64,000 bases of DNA from NCBI GenBank assembly GCA_051439605.1, contig JBFRWN010000124.1, positions 64,001 to 128,000 of the forward strand. The letters run 5' to 3'. The notes beneath the pieces are model-generated. The model was not told where the DNA came from. It ran no database searches and was given only the letters and a program-made list of their open reading frames with translations. The stretch is from Synechococcus sp. GTDB lineage: Bacteria > Cyanobacteriota > Cyanobacteriia > Thermostichales > PCC-7336. This document shows positions 42,716 through 55,253 of this stretch, piece after piece. The stretch's first letter is position 1. Every line of letters begins with the position of its first letter. Made by a program: the position numbers and the translations under genes.

Positions 42716-43744
42716 ATGGATTTAACGACAACGTATATGGGGTTGGAATTGCGATCCCCATTGGTTCCCTCAGCATCAGCCCCCCTGACTCACGAGATTG
42801 AAAACGTCAAAAAGATGGAAGACGCTGGCGCGGGGGCAGTAGTTCTGCATTCCTTGTTTGAAGAACAGCTGAAGATGGAGCAGGACAAAGATCGCCAACA
42901 CCACACCTACGGAATCGAAAGTTCTGCCGAAGCCCTAAGGTATCTTCCCGAACCCCGAATCTTCCAGGTGGACCCCTCTACCTACCTGAACAATATTCGT
43001 GCTGCCAAGGAAATGGTCAAGATTCCCATCATTGCCAGCCTCAATGGTTCCACGATGGGGGGATGGACAGAATACGCAGTTCAAATTGAGGAGGCAGGGG
43101 CCGATGCCATCGAGCTCAATATTTACCAAGTACCGACTGACTTCGATCGCACTGGTTCTGAAATCGAACAAACCTATCTAGACATTGTTTCTGCAGTTAA
43201 ATCGGCTGTTTCTATTCCGGTGGCAGTGAAACTCAGCCCTTACTTCAGCAATATGGCCAATATGGCTAAGCAAATCTCTGAGGTAGGAGCAGATGGATTA
43301 GTTCTCTTCAATCGCTTTTATCAACCCGATATCTATATTGATAGCTTGGAGGTAAGACCGAGTATTCTTCTCAGTACGCCGCAGGCACTCCGATTGCCCA
43401 TGCGGTGGATAGCGATTCTCTACGGCCGAGTTTCTGCCGATCTCGCTGCTTCGGGTGGCATTTCCATCGGTCAAGAGGCCATAAAAATGCTCATGGCGGG
43501 AGCGAGCATCACCATGGTTTGTTCGGCACTTTTACGACATGGCATCAATTATTTGTCCACCATCGAAGAGGGTATGTGCAAGTGGATGCAGGATAATGAC
43601 TACACATCGGTACGCCAGTTACAAGGCATTGTGAGCCAAGAAAACTGTCCCGATCCCGATGCCTTCGAACGCGCTCAATATATACGTGCTATTCAGAGCT
43701 ACTTGCCAAGCAAGGACTACTCCCCGTCCCGCTACTATGGATAA
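42716..43744 (+). CDS. Dihydroorotate dehydrogenase-like flavoprotein (type usually linked to PFOR)
   Basis: MDLTTTYMGL.LRSPLV.SAS, SLFEEQ, PIIASLNG, AVKLSPYF, LFNRFYQPD, FERAQY. Confidence 0.9.
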   Translation: MDLTTTYMGLELRSPLVPSASAPLTHEIENVKKMEDAGAGAVVLHSLFEEQLKMEQDKDRQHHTYGIESSAEALRYLPEPRIFQVDPSTYLNNIRAAKEMVKIPIIASLNGSTMGGWTEYAVQIEEAGADAIELNIYQVPTDFDRTGSEIEQTYLDIVSAVKSAVSIPVAVKLSPYFSNMANMAKQISEVGADGLVLFNRFYQPDIYIDSLEVRPSILLSTPQALRLPMRWIAILYGRVSADLAASGGISIGQEAIKMLMAGASITMVCSALLRHGINYLSTIEEGMCKWMQDNDYTSVRQLQGIVSQENCPDPDAFERAQYIRAIQSYLPSKDYSPSRYYG

Positions 43745-43756
43745 CGCGAACATCTT

Positions 43757-46170
<2,414 letters not shown>

Positions 46171-46303
46171 CTAAATCAATCCCTACGACGGAACGGTTGG
46201 CCTGCTGCAGTTGCTCCGATAACACCGCATCTAACTTGGTGGCCACTGTATCTGCTAAAGCGATCTGCAGGAGGTCGGCCAATTGCTTGCAAAAAGAACT
46301 CAG

Positions 46304-46768
46304 CTATGTGGGTTGGATAACTAATGTGTTGCAGCGTGCGTGATGCACGACATAGTTACTGACGCTACCCAGCATCAATTCGGTGAGTCTCGATCTACCG
46401 TGCCGTCCCATTACTATCAGATCGGTGTTCCTGTCTCGGGCAACGTCGCAAATAGTTCGGCCAGGATCTCCATATTTTTGGACAATCTCCGAATTCACAC
46501 CTGCAGCGCTGACTTTTTCTGCGTACTTTTGCAGCTTTTGCAAGCAAGACTGCTCGAACTCTTGCCACTTATGCTGAAACGTTAAAAAATCATCTATAAG
46601 AGAAGAAGGAGCATAAAAAAGATTTGGCGGAGCCCCTTCCTCCTCACCATACATAACGTGAAGCAGCGTTAATTCAGCTCCAGTTGCTTTAGCTAATTGC
46701 ACCGCCTTTTGAAAAATTGATTCGCTTGTTTTCGAGATATCCAGAGCGACAAGAATTTTTTGAATCAC
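46304..46768 (-). CDS. Universal stress protein
   Basis: QKILVALD.S, GDPG.TIC, IVMGRHGRS.L.ELMLGSVSNYVVHHARC. Confidence 0.95.
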   Translation of the reverse strand: MIQKILVALDISKTSESIFQKAVQLAKATGAELTLLHVMYGEEEGAPPNLFYAPSSLIDDFLTFQHKWQEFEQSCLQKLQKYAEKVSAAGVNSEIVQKYGDPGRTICDVARDRNTDLIVMGRHGRSRLTELMLGSVSNYVVHHARCNTLVIQPT

Positions 46769-46988
46769 AATTGCTTAACCTTTTTGGCGTGTAAATGTAT
46801 TGAATTGTTAGGCCCAACCACTCGTCCTTGTTCGTAGGTTAATCGGTGGACAGCCTTGTTGAAGAGCTGAGGGATTCTCTCCATAGAGGTAAACCATTCT
46901 CATCTCGTAAAGCTAAACTATCATTTCCTTTTTTCACTTCGTTTTCCTTCGACTCTATTTCTGCCTGCAGCGGTCCTGTTCGAACCAT

Positions 46989-47546
46989 TTAAACCTCCAT
47001 TGATTTATAAACGGAACTCGTTGCGCTGTTATTTCCTCCTGGTTCGCCACTCGCAACAGTCCAATTTCCCTCCGCTCTGGTAAGAATGGCTGGCCGCAGC
47101 CCATACGGTTCTGGGGTAATGTGACGGGCAAAATTCATCACCTCTATGCGGGAGGGAACGAATTTAATCAGCACGTAGTCCTCCCCTTCTGGGCCTGTTG
47201 GATAAAAAGTAATCCACTGTTCAACCCAATATTTCTGCTGCAAGTCCGTGTCAGACACAATCTGAGCGGTCCCATTCAGAGTCACGTAGGCGGTGTCAGC
47301 GGGATCGTAAAAGGCGACAGTAACCTGGCTGTTGTTGCGAATGTCCCGCACCTTTCGAGACTTCGCGCTGGTTCCAAACCAAAGGGTTAAATCTGGCTGG
47401 GGCTGAAAGTGTTGCATGAGCCGGCTGTCGATCTGGCCCGAGAGACCAATAGTACTGAGGAAACAGTAATCTACTGCCTGAAGGGTGGCTTCTACCGCTT
47501 CGAGAATAGGCTCTACAGTCGTTGGTGGGGGATGTTTGCTAACCAC
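46989..47546 (-). CDS. Pyridoxamine 5'-phosphate oxidase-like / general stress protein 26 family flavin-binding protein
   Basis: C.L.T....G...SRLM...LWF.T...SRKV.DI..N..VT...Y...YVTL.G.A...W...GP....YVLIKF.P.RIE. Confidence 0.85.
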   Translation of the reverse strand: MVSKHPPPTTVEPILEAVEATLQAVDYCFLSTIGLSGQIDSRLMQHFQPQPDLTLWFGTSAKSRKVRDIRNNSQVTVAFYDPADTAYVTLNGTAQIVSDTDLQQKYWVEQWITFYPTGPEGEDYVLIKFVPSRIEVMNFARHITPEPYGLRPAILTRAEGNWTVASGEPGGNNSATSSVYKSMEV

Positions 47547-47573
47547 TTGAATGCATCCTTTATTGTTTGGTGA

Positions 47574-47783
47574 CTACAACAATCGGGCCTGGTTCATCGC
47601 AGGGTTACAGTCCGAAAGGCATTTCTCGAGAAAAATCAGCAATCTTTCCTTGACATTTGCGACCGGTAGATCGTGAGTGGAGATACTCGGCGGTTGGTGT
47701 ATCCCAGTGCGATTGTAAAGAATGTCCCGAGCCCTTTCCATCACTTCCAGCTTAAGCTCAGAAGTTCGTATATTGGTTGCCAT
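47574..47783 (-). CDS. Small hypothetical protein (69 aa)
   Basis: ATG with GAGG upstream; co-oriented and 27 nt ahead of the PNPOx-like gene. Confidence 0.55.
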   Translation of the reverse strand: MATNIRTSELKLEVMERARDILYNRTGIHQPPSISTHDLPVANVKERLLIFLEKCLSDCNPAMNQARLL

Positions 47784-47943
47784 TCAGGCCCTCACCAAGT
47801 CAGAACCCAGTAGCCATCTAGCAACAAAACTTCAAGTCAGTCGGATATTCGTGTTCCAAACAGGCGAACAAAGCTCAGATGATGGCCCGCTTTGGCTTGA
47901 AAGTATTACCCAAAACGCGCCCTTTTTAATTAACCTAATAAAG

Positions 47944-48147
47944 CTACAACGAGTGCCTTATTTTTCTGTCAAGTATTGAATAGCCGGTCACAAGAAGAAT
48001 TACTAGTATAATAAAGTCTATCATTAATGTAATGGCAGGATTGATGGGGAAGAGAAGCTGATTTAATTTGGCAAAAGCAACAATGAATAGCAATAGACCG
48101 ATGACGGGGGCAATCACATACTGCAGGGTTTCGGTAATAGCGTTCAT
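47944..48147 (-). CDS. Small two-TM membrane protein (paralog of 54144-54344)
   Basis: GAGGAGG RBS; two hydrophobic helices; gapless alignment to the 54144 ORF. Confidence 0.8.
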   Translation of the reverse strand: MNAITETLQYVIAPVIGLLLFIVAFAKLNQLLFPINPAITLMIDFIILVILLVTGYSILDRKIRHSL

Positions 48148-48711
48148 GAGAAGTACACCTCCTCAAGTTAGGATTAATGGATAGAAAAACCCTTCTACTA
48201 ATATTTTAGGCCGTTTGAAAAGCTCTATCTATGGAATGGTTGCAAAATTTCACCTGAATGATTGAATTCTGGGGAGAATCGCCAAAGCCGATGTCAACAA
48301 GTTGAAGTTTGTATTATAGGTTAATCAGCGGTTAGAATTGTTTCAAAAGAAGAGTCCAAGTCAAGCACGAACTTTGCTTTTTCCTGAATTCCCCATTGCA
48401 GCGATGTTGGGACTTTCCTCTCTTCTAGTTGACTACCGTACCAAGCGATCGGTCATTTGACTACTGAGCCTAGTACTGGATCGATTGAGTTCCAGCGCTA
48501 TCAGATGTTACGAGCTATCGATATCTAGTTCGTGCAGATACCTAGGACATTGAGCGATAATGAAAATAGATATTTTACGCAATTGGCAAATTCAATTATG
48601 TGTAGCATTTGGTCTATGCAATTGATAGCCAGAGTGACAATTTTTGCTGCCAGAAAAAGTTGAATCGTACGTTGAGTCGGCAGGCAGATCTAAACGATCG
48701 AGGAGAGCCTT

Positions 48712-49098
48712 ATGCGATGGGTAAAAGTGTTAGAGCAAGGCGCTCTGTCAGAGGGAATGCGACATGTCGTTAAGGTTGGCAAACTTTCAGTTCTTCTCCT
48801 CCAAGAAAAAGGAGAAATACTTGCTATGGATAGTATCTGTCCTCATATGAGAGGACCCATGCAAAAGGGAGAATTGACCGCAGATGGCGGTATTGTTTGT
48901 CCGTGGCATCGTAGTGTTTTCGATATACGTACTGGTGACGTCAAACAATGGTGCCCTTGGCCACCAGGTGTAGGAAAGGCATTGGGTGCAATTTCACGTG
49001 AAAAAGCTCTACCAGTTTTTCCCGTACGGCTGGAAGATGGGAGTATCTTGATTGGCCTAGATGAATCGAAGACTGAGGGGATTGGAAACTCCCTTTAG
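48712..49098 (+). CDS. Rieske [2Fe-2S] ferredoxin-like protein
   Basis: CPH...CPWH ligands, extra WCPWPP; GAGGAG RBS. Confidence 0.92.
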   Translation: MRWVKVLEQGALSEGMRHVVKVGKLSVLLLQEKGEILAMDSICPHMRGPMQKGELTADGGIVCPWHRSVFDIRTGDVKQWCPWPPGVGKALGAISREKALPVFPVRLEDGSILIGLDESKTEGIGNSL

Positions 49099-49152
49099 CG
49101 AGCAGTAGTAAAACCACGTCCATGTAGAATCGGGAGTTTACAGGGAAGTTCC

Positions 49153-50406
49153 ATGGACGCCTACAACTCAGCTTTATACGAAAAGATTAAGCGTCTGATT
49201 GATTCCAATCCTCAGGGAAGAATCACTTTTGCCCAATTCATGGAGGTTGTTCTCTACAATCTTCGCCAGGGTTACTATTCCGCCCATGCAAAGAAAATTG
49301 GCAGTTATGGAGACTACTATACTTCTCCTCACTTAGGTCCTCATTTTGGAGAACTGTTAGCGGAACAGTTTTTCGATATGTGGCAGTCGCTCGGGTACCC
49401 TAACCCATTTTCACTGGTTGAAATAGGATCCGGTCAAGGGGTACTGGCTGGCGACATACTCATGTATGTCAAGAATCAATATCCGTTTTTCTTTCAGTGC
49501 ATACGTTATGTAATGATAGAAATCTCTCCTGAACTACGGTCTTTTCAGCAGGGACTACTACTCAGCGTTGATGGTTTAGGGGAAAAGATTCAATGGGTGT
49601 CTTTTGAAGATATATCTAAGAGTTCTATCGTTGGATGTATATTTTCCAATGAATTGGTGGACGCCTTTCCCGTTCATTTAGTTGAAGTCCGCAACAGACA
49701 GCTACATGAAATCTATGTATCGGCAAGTTCTGACACAAGCAATCTTACTCGTTTGCAGGAAGAAGTCGGCGAACTATCTACCTCGCACATAGCTAACTAT
49801 TTCAGTCGGTTAGGAACCAATTTGGAGTCAGACCTTTATCCAAACGGATATCGAAGCGAGGTAAATCTGGCGGCAATTGACTGGATAAAAATAGTGGCAG
49901 ATAAGCTCTTGCAGGGATATTTGTTAACGATTGACTACGGTTACAGCAATTCTCAGTATTACAGTCCGAAACGCCCTCGCGGGACTCTGGCTTGCTATTA
50001 CCGACATACCGTTCGCGATAATCCTTACCTGCTATTGGGTGAGCAGGACATCACAACCCATGCCAATTTCACAGCTTTGGAATATTGGGGTGAGTATTTT
50101 GGTTTGCAGAGGTTGGGGTTTACACGACAAGGACCTTTTCTAATGGCCCTCGGACTCGGGGAAAAAATGGCCGAGCTATCTCTACCCCAAGAGACGGCTC
50201 GCGGAACAAACATTCAAGAGATACTGCATCGCCGTCATGCCTTGCATTTATCGATCCATCCTCACGGACTGGGCAACTGGGGAGTGCTTATTCAGGGAAA
50301 AGGATTGAGTGAACAACAATTAGCTGTTCCTTTACGTGGATTGGCAAATGCTGCAGAGACAGCGGAGGATTGGTGCGCGATGCCTTTATCCCAGTCAGCT
50401 ACTTGA
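49153..50406 (+). CDS. SAM-dependent methyltransferase, MidA/NDUFAF7 (DUF185) family
   Basis: ITFAQFM..LY...GYY, GDYYTSP, EIGSGQG, SNELVDAFP, IDYG, QDIT.H.NF. Confidence 0.92.
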   Translation: MDAYNSALYEKIKRLIDSNPQGRITFAQFMEVVLYNLRQGYYSAHAKKIGSYGDYYTSPHLGPHFGELLAEQFFDMWQSLGYPNPFSLVEIGSGQGVLAGDILMYVKNQYPFFFQCIRYVMIEISPELRSFQQGLLLSVDGLGEKIQWVSFEDISKSSIVGCIFSNELVDAFPVHLVEVRNRQLHEIYVSASSDTSNLTRLQEEVGELSTSHIANYFSRLGTNLESDLYPNGYRSEVNLAAIDWIKIVADKLLQGYLLTIDYGYSNSQYYSPKRPRGTLACYYRHTVRDNPYLLLGEQDITTHANFTALEYWGEYFGLQRLGFTRQGPFLMALGLGEKMAELSLPQETARGTNIQEILHRRHALHLSIHPHGLGNWGVLIQGKGLSEQQLAVPLRGLANAAETAEDWCAMPLSQSAT

Positions 50407-50465
50407 AATTTCAATGGCCGATCGCAGGTGTTTCATTCGATCTTGGATTATCCCAAAAACTGAGT

Positions 50466-51452
50466 TTAGAGATAAGTCGTTGACGCTGCGTACATTTCCG
50501 CCAAAAGCTCGCTATGTTTGCTAGCCAACCAACGCTCCGCATCCATCGCTGCCATGCAGCCCGTTCCCGCAGCAGTTACGGCCTGGCGATACACGCGATC
50601 CTGTACATCGCCACAGGCAAATACACCGGAAATGCTGGTTTGGGTTGAGTGAGGCGCAGTCACGATGTATCCCTTGTCATCGAGTTCCAGCCATCCCTTG
50701 AACAAATCGCTATTGGGTTTGAGCCCGATTGATACAAATACTCCATCGAGTGTCAAAACTCTGATTTCGCCCGAGACAACATTTTCCAACTGGATGGCTT
50801 CAACCGAGGGGTTACCCAGAATATCGCGCACGACCGTATTCCAAATAATGGTGATGCGATCGTTTTCGAACAACCGTTGCTGCATAATTTGGCTGGCTCT
50901 TAGCCGATCGCGGCGATGAATCAGATACACGTGACTGGCCGTACGGGTGAGCAACAGCGCATTTTGGACGGCTGTGTCTCCCCCCCCAATCACGGCAACC
51001 GGGACATCTTTGAAAAATGCACCGTCGCATGTAGCGCAGACTGACACACCTCGACCGAGCAACAAACGCTCGCTCTCTATACCCAAATATCGGTGAGTAG
51101 CCCCTGTTGCAATGATGGCGGTATCGGCCAAGAGCAGGTCCTTGCCATCAACGGAGATCAGAAAAGGCCATTCCTCAAAATTCACCCGGGTGACGATGCC
51201 AAAGCGCCGATCGGTGCCAAAGCGAGCGGCTTGCTGCTCGAACACGCTCATCAATTCAGGTCCCAAGATTCCTTTGGGAAAGCCAGGGTAGTTTTCAACA
51301 TCACTGGTTGTCATCAACTGTCCACCCGGCTCTGGCCCTCGAATCAGCAAGGGGTGCAAGTTAGCCCGCGCAGCATAAATAGCAGCAGTGTATCCTGCTG
51401 GACCCGCTCCAATGATGACAACGTGTCTGCGTTCGTAGCGCGAGACTGTCAT
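50466..51452 (-). CDS. trxB: NADPH-dependent thioredoxin reductase
   Basis: GAGPAG, GGQL.TT.DVENYPG, CATCDG, GGGDTA, HRRDRLRA, GDVQD..YRQA.TAAG.G. Confidence 0.96.
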   Translation of the reverse strand: MTVSRYERRHVVIIGAGPAGYTAAIYAARANLHPLLIRGPEPGGQLMTTSDVENYPGFPKGILGPELMSVFEQQAARFGTDRRFGIVTRVNFEEWPFLISVDGKDLLLADTAIIATGATHRYLGIESERLLLGRGVSVCATCDGAFFKDVPVAVIGGGDTAVQNALLLTRTASHVYLIHRRDRLRASQIMQQRLFENDRITIIWNTVVRDILGNPSVEAIQLENVVSGEIRVLTLDGVFVSIGLKPNSDLFKGWLELDDKGYIVTAPHSTQTSISGVFACGDVQDRVYRQAVTAAGTGCMAAMDAERWLASKHSELLAEMYAASTTYL

Positions 51453-51453
51453 T

Positions 51454-52224
51454 TCACGATTTCACCTCCTTTGGTGCTTGAAGGGTAATTGCTTCGGCAG
51501 CCTTTACCTGCCATTCCGCCGGGTAAATTCCCGCATCGATCAGAGCTTGAGGTGGAGCTTTGCGGGTGGGAGATTCCAAATATTCCGGTGTGACGGCGGG
51601 GGGAACGGGAACGAGTTGGTGAGCAATGGTGTAGTAGCGGTGGGTTTGAGCCAACTTGCCGCGATCGCTCAAATCTTCTCCTGCAATTTTCTTGCGCAAC
51701 TTGACGATGGCGTCAAACATGGCCTCCGGACGTGGCGGACATCCGGGCATGTAAACATCGACGGGGATTAACTTATCGACGCCGCGCACTGCCGAGTAGG
51801 AGTCGGTGCTATACATCCCTCCCGTAATCGTGCAGGCTCCCATGGCAATCACGTATTTGGGATCCCCCATTTGGTGGTAGAGCTTCACCAGTGCCGGAGC
51901 CATCTTCATGGTGACTGTTCCGGCTGTAATGATGAGATCCGCTTGCCGCGGGCTGGAGCGGGGCAACAGACCGAACCGATCGAAATCGAACCGAGGCCCC
52001 AGGAGGGATGCCATTTCGATAAAGCAACAGGCTGTCCCGTAGAGTAGAGGCCACAGGCTAGAGAGGCGGGCCCAGTTGTATAGGTCGTTAACGCTGGTCA
52101 AGATGACGTTGTGACTCAGCTCCTTAGTGACCTGCGGTGGCCCAACAGGGTTGATGAGGCTGCTGAATGGTTTTTCCTTGACCTCTGATTGATTGGTCGC
52201 AACTGTCGGTCGATCGGTATTCAT
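51454..52224 (-). CDS. ndhK: NDH-1 subunit K (probable second copy)
   Basis: [32 protein letters not shown] (N2 ligands); cyanobacterial C-terminal THRYY. Confidence 0.95.
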   Translation of the reverse strand: MNTDRPTVATNQSEVKEKPFSSLINPVGPPQVTKELSHNVILTSVNDLYNWARLSSLWPLLYGTACCFIEMASLLGPRFDFDRFGLLPRSSPRQADLIITAGTVTMKMAPALVKLYHQMGDPKYVIAMGACTITGGMYSTDSYSAVRGVDKLIPVDVYMPGCPPRPEAMFDAIVKLRKKIAGEDLSDRGKLAQTHRYYTIAHQLVPVPPAVTPEYLESPTRKAPPQALIDAGIYPAEWQVKAAEAITLQAPKEVKS

Positions 52225-52250
52225 GGATCCTCCTCAGACAGAGGTAGATG

Positions 52251-53435
52251 CTAGCGGTCTACCTCGCCCATAATGATGTCAATGCTGCCAAGAATGGCAA
52301 TGATATCCGCCACCTTCATTCCCTTAACCAATTGGGGTAAAACCTGAAGGTTGATAAAACCAGGGGGACGAATTTTCCACCGCCAAGGAAAGATGTTTGC
52401 ATCACCCATGAGATAGATACCGAGTTCACCTTTCGGGGCCTCCAGGCGCGCGTATACTTCTCCCTCCGGGAATTTGAACATCGGTGAAGTCTTCTTGCTC
52501 GCAAACTGATATTGAAAGTCACTCCATTCCGACTTGGGACCTCCCATCATCCGCTGGGCTTCTAGATTCTCGTAAGGACCTCCAGGCAGTCCGGCGATCG
52601 CTTGTAAAACAATCTTGGCGGACTCCCGCATTTCGTTGATGCGGACAAAATACCTGGCCAGACAGTCACCGCCCGTTTCCCAAACCACATCCCAATCGAA
52701 ATCGTCATAGCACTCGTAATGGTCAACTTTTCGCAAGTCCCATTTCATGCCTGAAGCCCGTAGCATCGGACCTGAAACCCCCCAACCTATTGCATCTTCG
52801 CGACTGAGAGTGCCGACACCTTCGGTGCGCATGCGGAAAATAGGGTTATCGGTAATCAGCCGTTCGTATTCATCGACTTTGGGTATGAAGTAGTGGCAAA
52901 AATCTTCAACTTTATCAACCCAACCGTAGGGAACGTCGGCAGCCAGTCCACCAATACGGAAGAAGTTTTGCCCGACCATTCGCATCCCCGTGGCGGCTTC
53001 AAATAAGTCGTAAATCAGTTCTCTTTCTCGAAAGATATAAAAGAATGGAGTATGAACTCCCAAATCCGAGCAAAAGGGTCCCAGCCACAATAGGTGATTG
53101 GCAATGCGGCTGAGCTCAAGCAAGATGACCCGCAAGTAGCTCGCCCGTCTGGGTACGGAAATATCGGCAAGTTTTTCAGAGGCGTTGACGGCAATCGCCT
53201 CGTTCCACATGGCTGCAGCATAATCCCAACGGGTTGTATACGTGATGTATTGTATTGCCGTACGATTTTCGGCAATTTTCTCCATTCCGCGATGTAGATA
53301 CCCGACAATGGGGGTGCAATCGACGACATTTTCGCCATCTAAAGTGACTAGCATGCGGAAAACACCATGGGTGGCCGGGTGATGCGGCCCCATGTTGATG
53401 ACCATCTGGTCGAGCTTGGTTTCGACAACTGTCAT
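52251..53435 (-). CDS. ndhH: NDH-1 subunit H (probable second copy)
   Basis: [33 protein letters not shown]-terminal [12 protein letters not shown]. Confidence 0.96.
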   Translation of the reverse strand: MTVVETKLDQMVINMGPHHPATHGVFRMLVTLDGENVVDCTPIVGYLHRGMEKIAENRTAIQYITYTTRWDYAAAMWNEAIAVNASEKLADISVPRRASYLRVILLELSRIANHLLWLGPFCSDLGVHTPFFYIFRERELIYDLFEAATGMRMVGQNFFRIGGLAADVPYGWVDKVEDFCHYFIPKVDEYERLITDNPIFRMRTEGVGTLSREDAIGWGVSGPMLRASGMKWDLRKVDHYECYDDFDWDVVWETGGDCLARYFVRINEMRESAKIVLQAIAGLPGGPYENLEAQRMMGGPKSEWSDFQYQFASKKTSPMFKFPEGEVYARLEAPKGELGIYLMGDANIFPWRWKIRPPGFINLQVLPQLVKGMKVADIIAILGSIDIIMGEVDR

Positions 53436-53650
53436 GAACTCAGCGGCTTAGCTTCCGCGCTAAACGGGATTGCAGGTTTTGAAACTCGATGCTGCTCGAG
53501 AACTTTTAAAGGCATACTGAGAGCTTGAATGTAGACAAGCGACTGTACCTTCAGGGATTTCGATGTCGATACAGCAGTTTGACTCAGAAAAGACAGATAT
53601 TCTACGGAGTAGCTTCAAACTTGCCTAAAACTCCTCTCCACCCAACCTTA

Positions 53651-53694
53651 TTGCCACAACTTCTTTAGAGGCTTGCTACAACTTCTGTTAGAGG
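53651..53694. repeat. Tandem imperfect direct repeat (21/22 bp) upstream of ndhH
   Basis: TTGCCACAACTTCT-TTAGAGG c TTGCTACAACTTCTGTTAGAGG. Confidence 0.8.
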
Positions 53695-54143
53695 TCTCGT
53701 TTCACTAGGCTTTATCCTACATACAGTTTAGTATTTTCAAAGATAGACTGCTAATGCTGGCCGGGAAGTGTCAAAATTTTTACCCTAGTCGGCTATTGTA
53801 TACAGAACAGTATTCATTAAAGTTATGATGTATTAATTAATATCATTTATTTCTCTTGTGCCTGCCACGAACATTCCCAATCTTTAGGAAGCCAGTTGGT
53901 AGACATTCCTTACTGTAAATATTTCATGCTCTCGGTGCGATTTAAAATCCACCTCTGAAATAAATTTAACTTCAGCTTAGAAGGCAATACAATTTTCAGC
54001 TTGCTAACATCAATATTGGCTAATAGAAACAAAAAACTCTTTCGAGCAAATAGGCAACTTTGTATCGTATAGCTTTAATAGATCTACAATAACTCTACAG
54101 GAAAGCTCCTGTCAGACAACATCAAATCAGGAAGGTTGTTCTC

Positions 54144-54344
54144 ATGGAATACATTATAGAAATTCTGCAGCATGCGATCGTACAGATCCTTGGCTTATTT
54201 CTGTTGGCTGCTATACTTAGAAAAATAAATAAATTTTTATCTTTCATAAGTGTCGATCTTGTGATTCTAATAGACTTTGTCTTAATAATAGTATTTATGA
54301 TTTCATGGTACTATTTTATTAGTAGGAATATAGTCTTCACATAG
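54144..54344 (+). CDS. Small two-TM membrane protein (paralog of 47944-48147)
   Basis: GGAAGG RBS-like; two hydrophobic helices; about 19/63 identities without gaps to the 47944 ORF. Confidence 0.75.
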   Translation: MEYIIEILQHAIVQILGLFLLAAILRKINKFLSFISVDLVILIDFVLIIVFMISWYYFISRNIVFT

Positions 54345-54767
54345 TATTTTTTGTTAGTTTTTGCTGGAATATCGTATTGAAATCAGATTTAATTACTGTA
54401 TTGTTTCTGCTTTATGCTGTCTCATTCAGAAATAAGAGCCACGTCTAGCTAGAAAGCCGTAGTTTTCAAAATCTGACCACAATGCTTTTTGAGTAAGGGC
54501 TTTAACCCCTAAGAAGGTCTGCAGAAAAACCAGCTCTCTGAATGCATACTTTTGTAATAGTATAGAGAGACTTTCAGAATCGATCTTCTATAATTAATGT
54601 AGAGTATTGTTGGTAAAGTTTGCAGACGGTTTCATTTGAAACGCATGACTCACCACAATACATTTCCTCTGTCTGTTTATAGAGCTTCAACACACTACAG
54701 AGGCAAGCGTATTTTAGAGATGAAACCAACAGGCACATCCCTACTCAGCTAGAGTTAGGAGGACGAG

Positions 54768-55253
54768 ATGACTATTAACCATCAATTTGATAAAGGCCAG
54801 ACAATAAACCAGCTCAACCGGATACTGGAATCGGAACTGGCTGGGGTGGTGCGCTACACTCACTACTCCCTGATGATTTTTGGCTACAATCGCATTCCAA
54901 TTGTGTCGTGGTTCCGATCCCAAGCGGACGAAACCCTGATTCACGCCCAGCGAGCAGGAGAAATGGTAACGCATTTAGGCGGACATCCCTCGCTAGCTAT
55001 CGGGTCGCTGCTGGAAACCCACAAACACGATATTGGGGAAATTCTGCGGGAGACAATCGAGGCAGAATTTAGGACGCTGCAGCTGTATTACGGATTGCTT
55101 GAACTGGTGGAAGGCAAGTCCGTGCCGATTGAAGAATATGCCAGGGAGTTGATAGCTGCAGAAGAACAGCACCTGGATGAAATTGACAAAATGCTGCGGC
55201 GACCTGGACATATTGAGGTGAGTGAGGAGGCAACGGCGATCGCAAACTCATGA
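54768..55253 (+). CDS. Ferritin-like / bacterioferritin-family protein
   Basis: LN.ILE.ELAGVVRYTHY, DETLIHA, EEQH di-iron motifs; AGGAGG RBS. Confidence 0.88.
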   Translation: MTINHQFDKGQTINQLNRILESELAGVVRYTHYSLMIFGYNRIPIVSWFRSQADETLIHAQRAGEMVTHLGGHPSLAIGSLLETHKHDIGEILRETIEAEFRTLQLYYGLLELVEGKSVPIEEYARELIAAEEQHLDEIDKMLRRPGHIEVSEEATAIANS

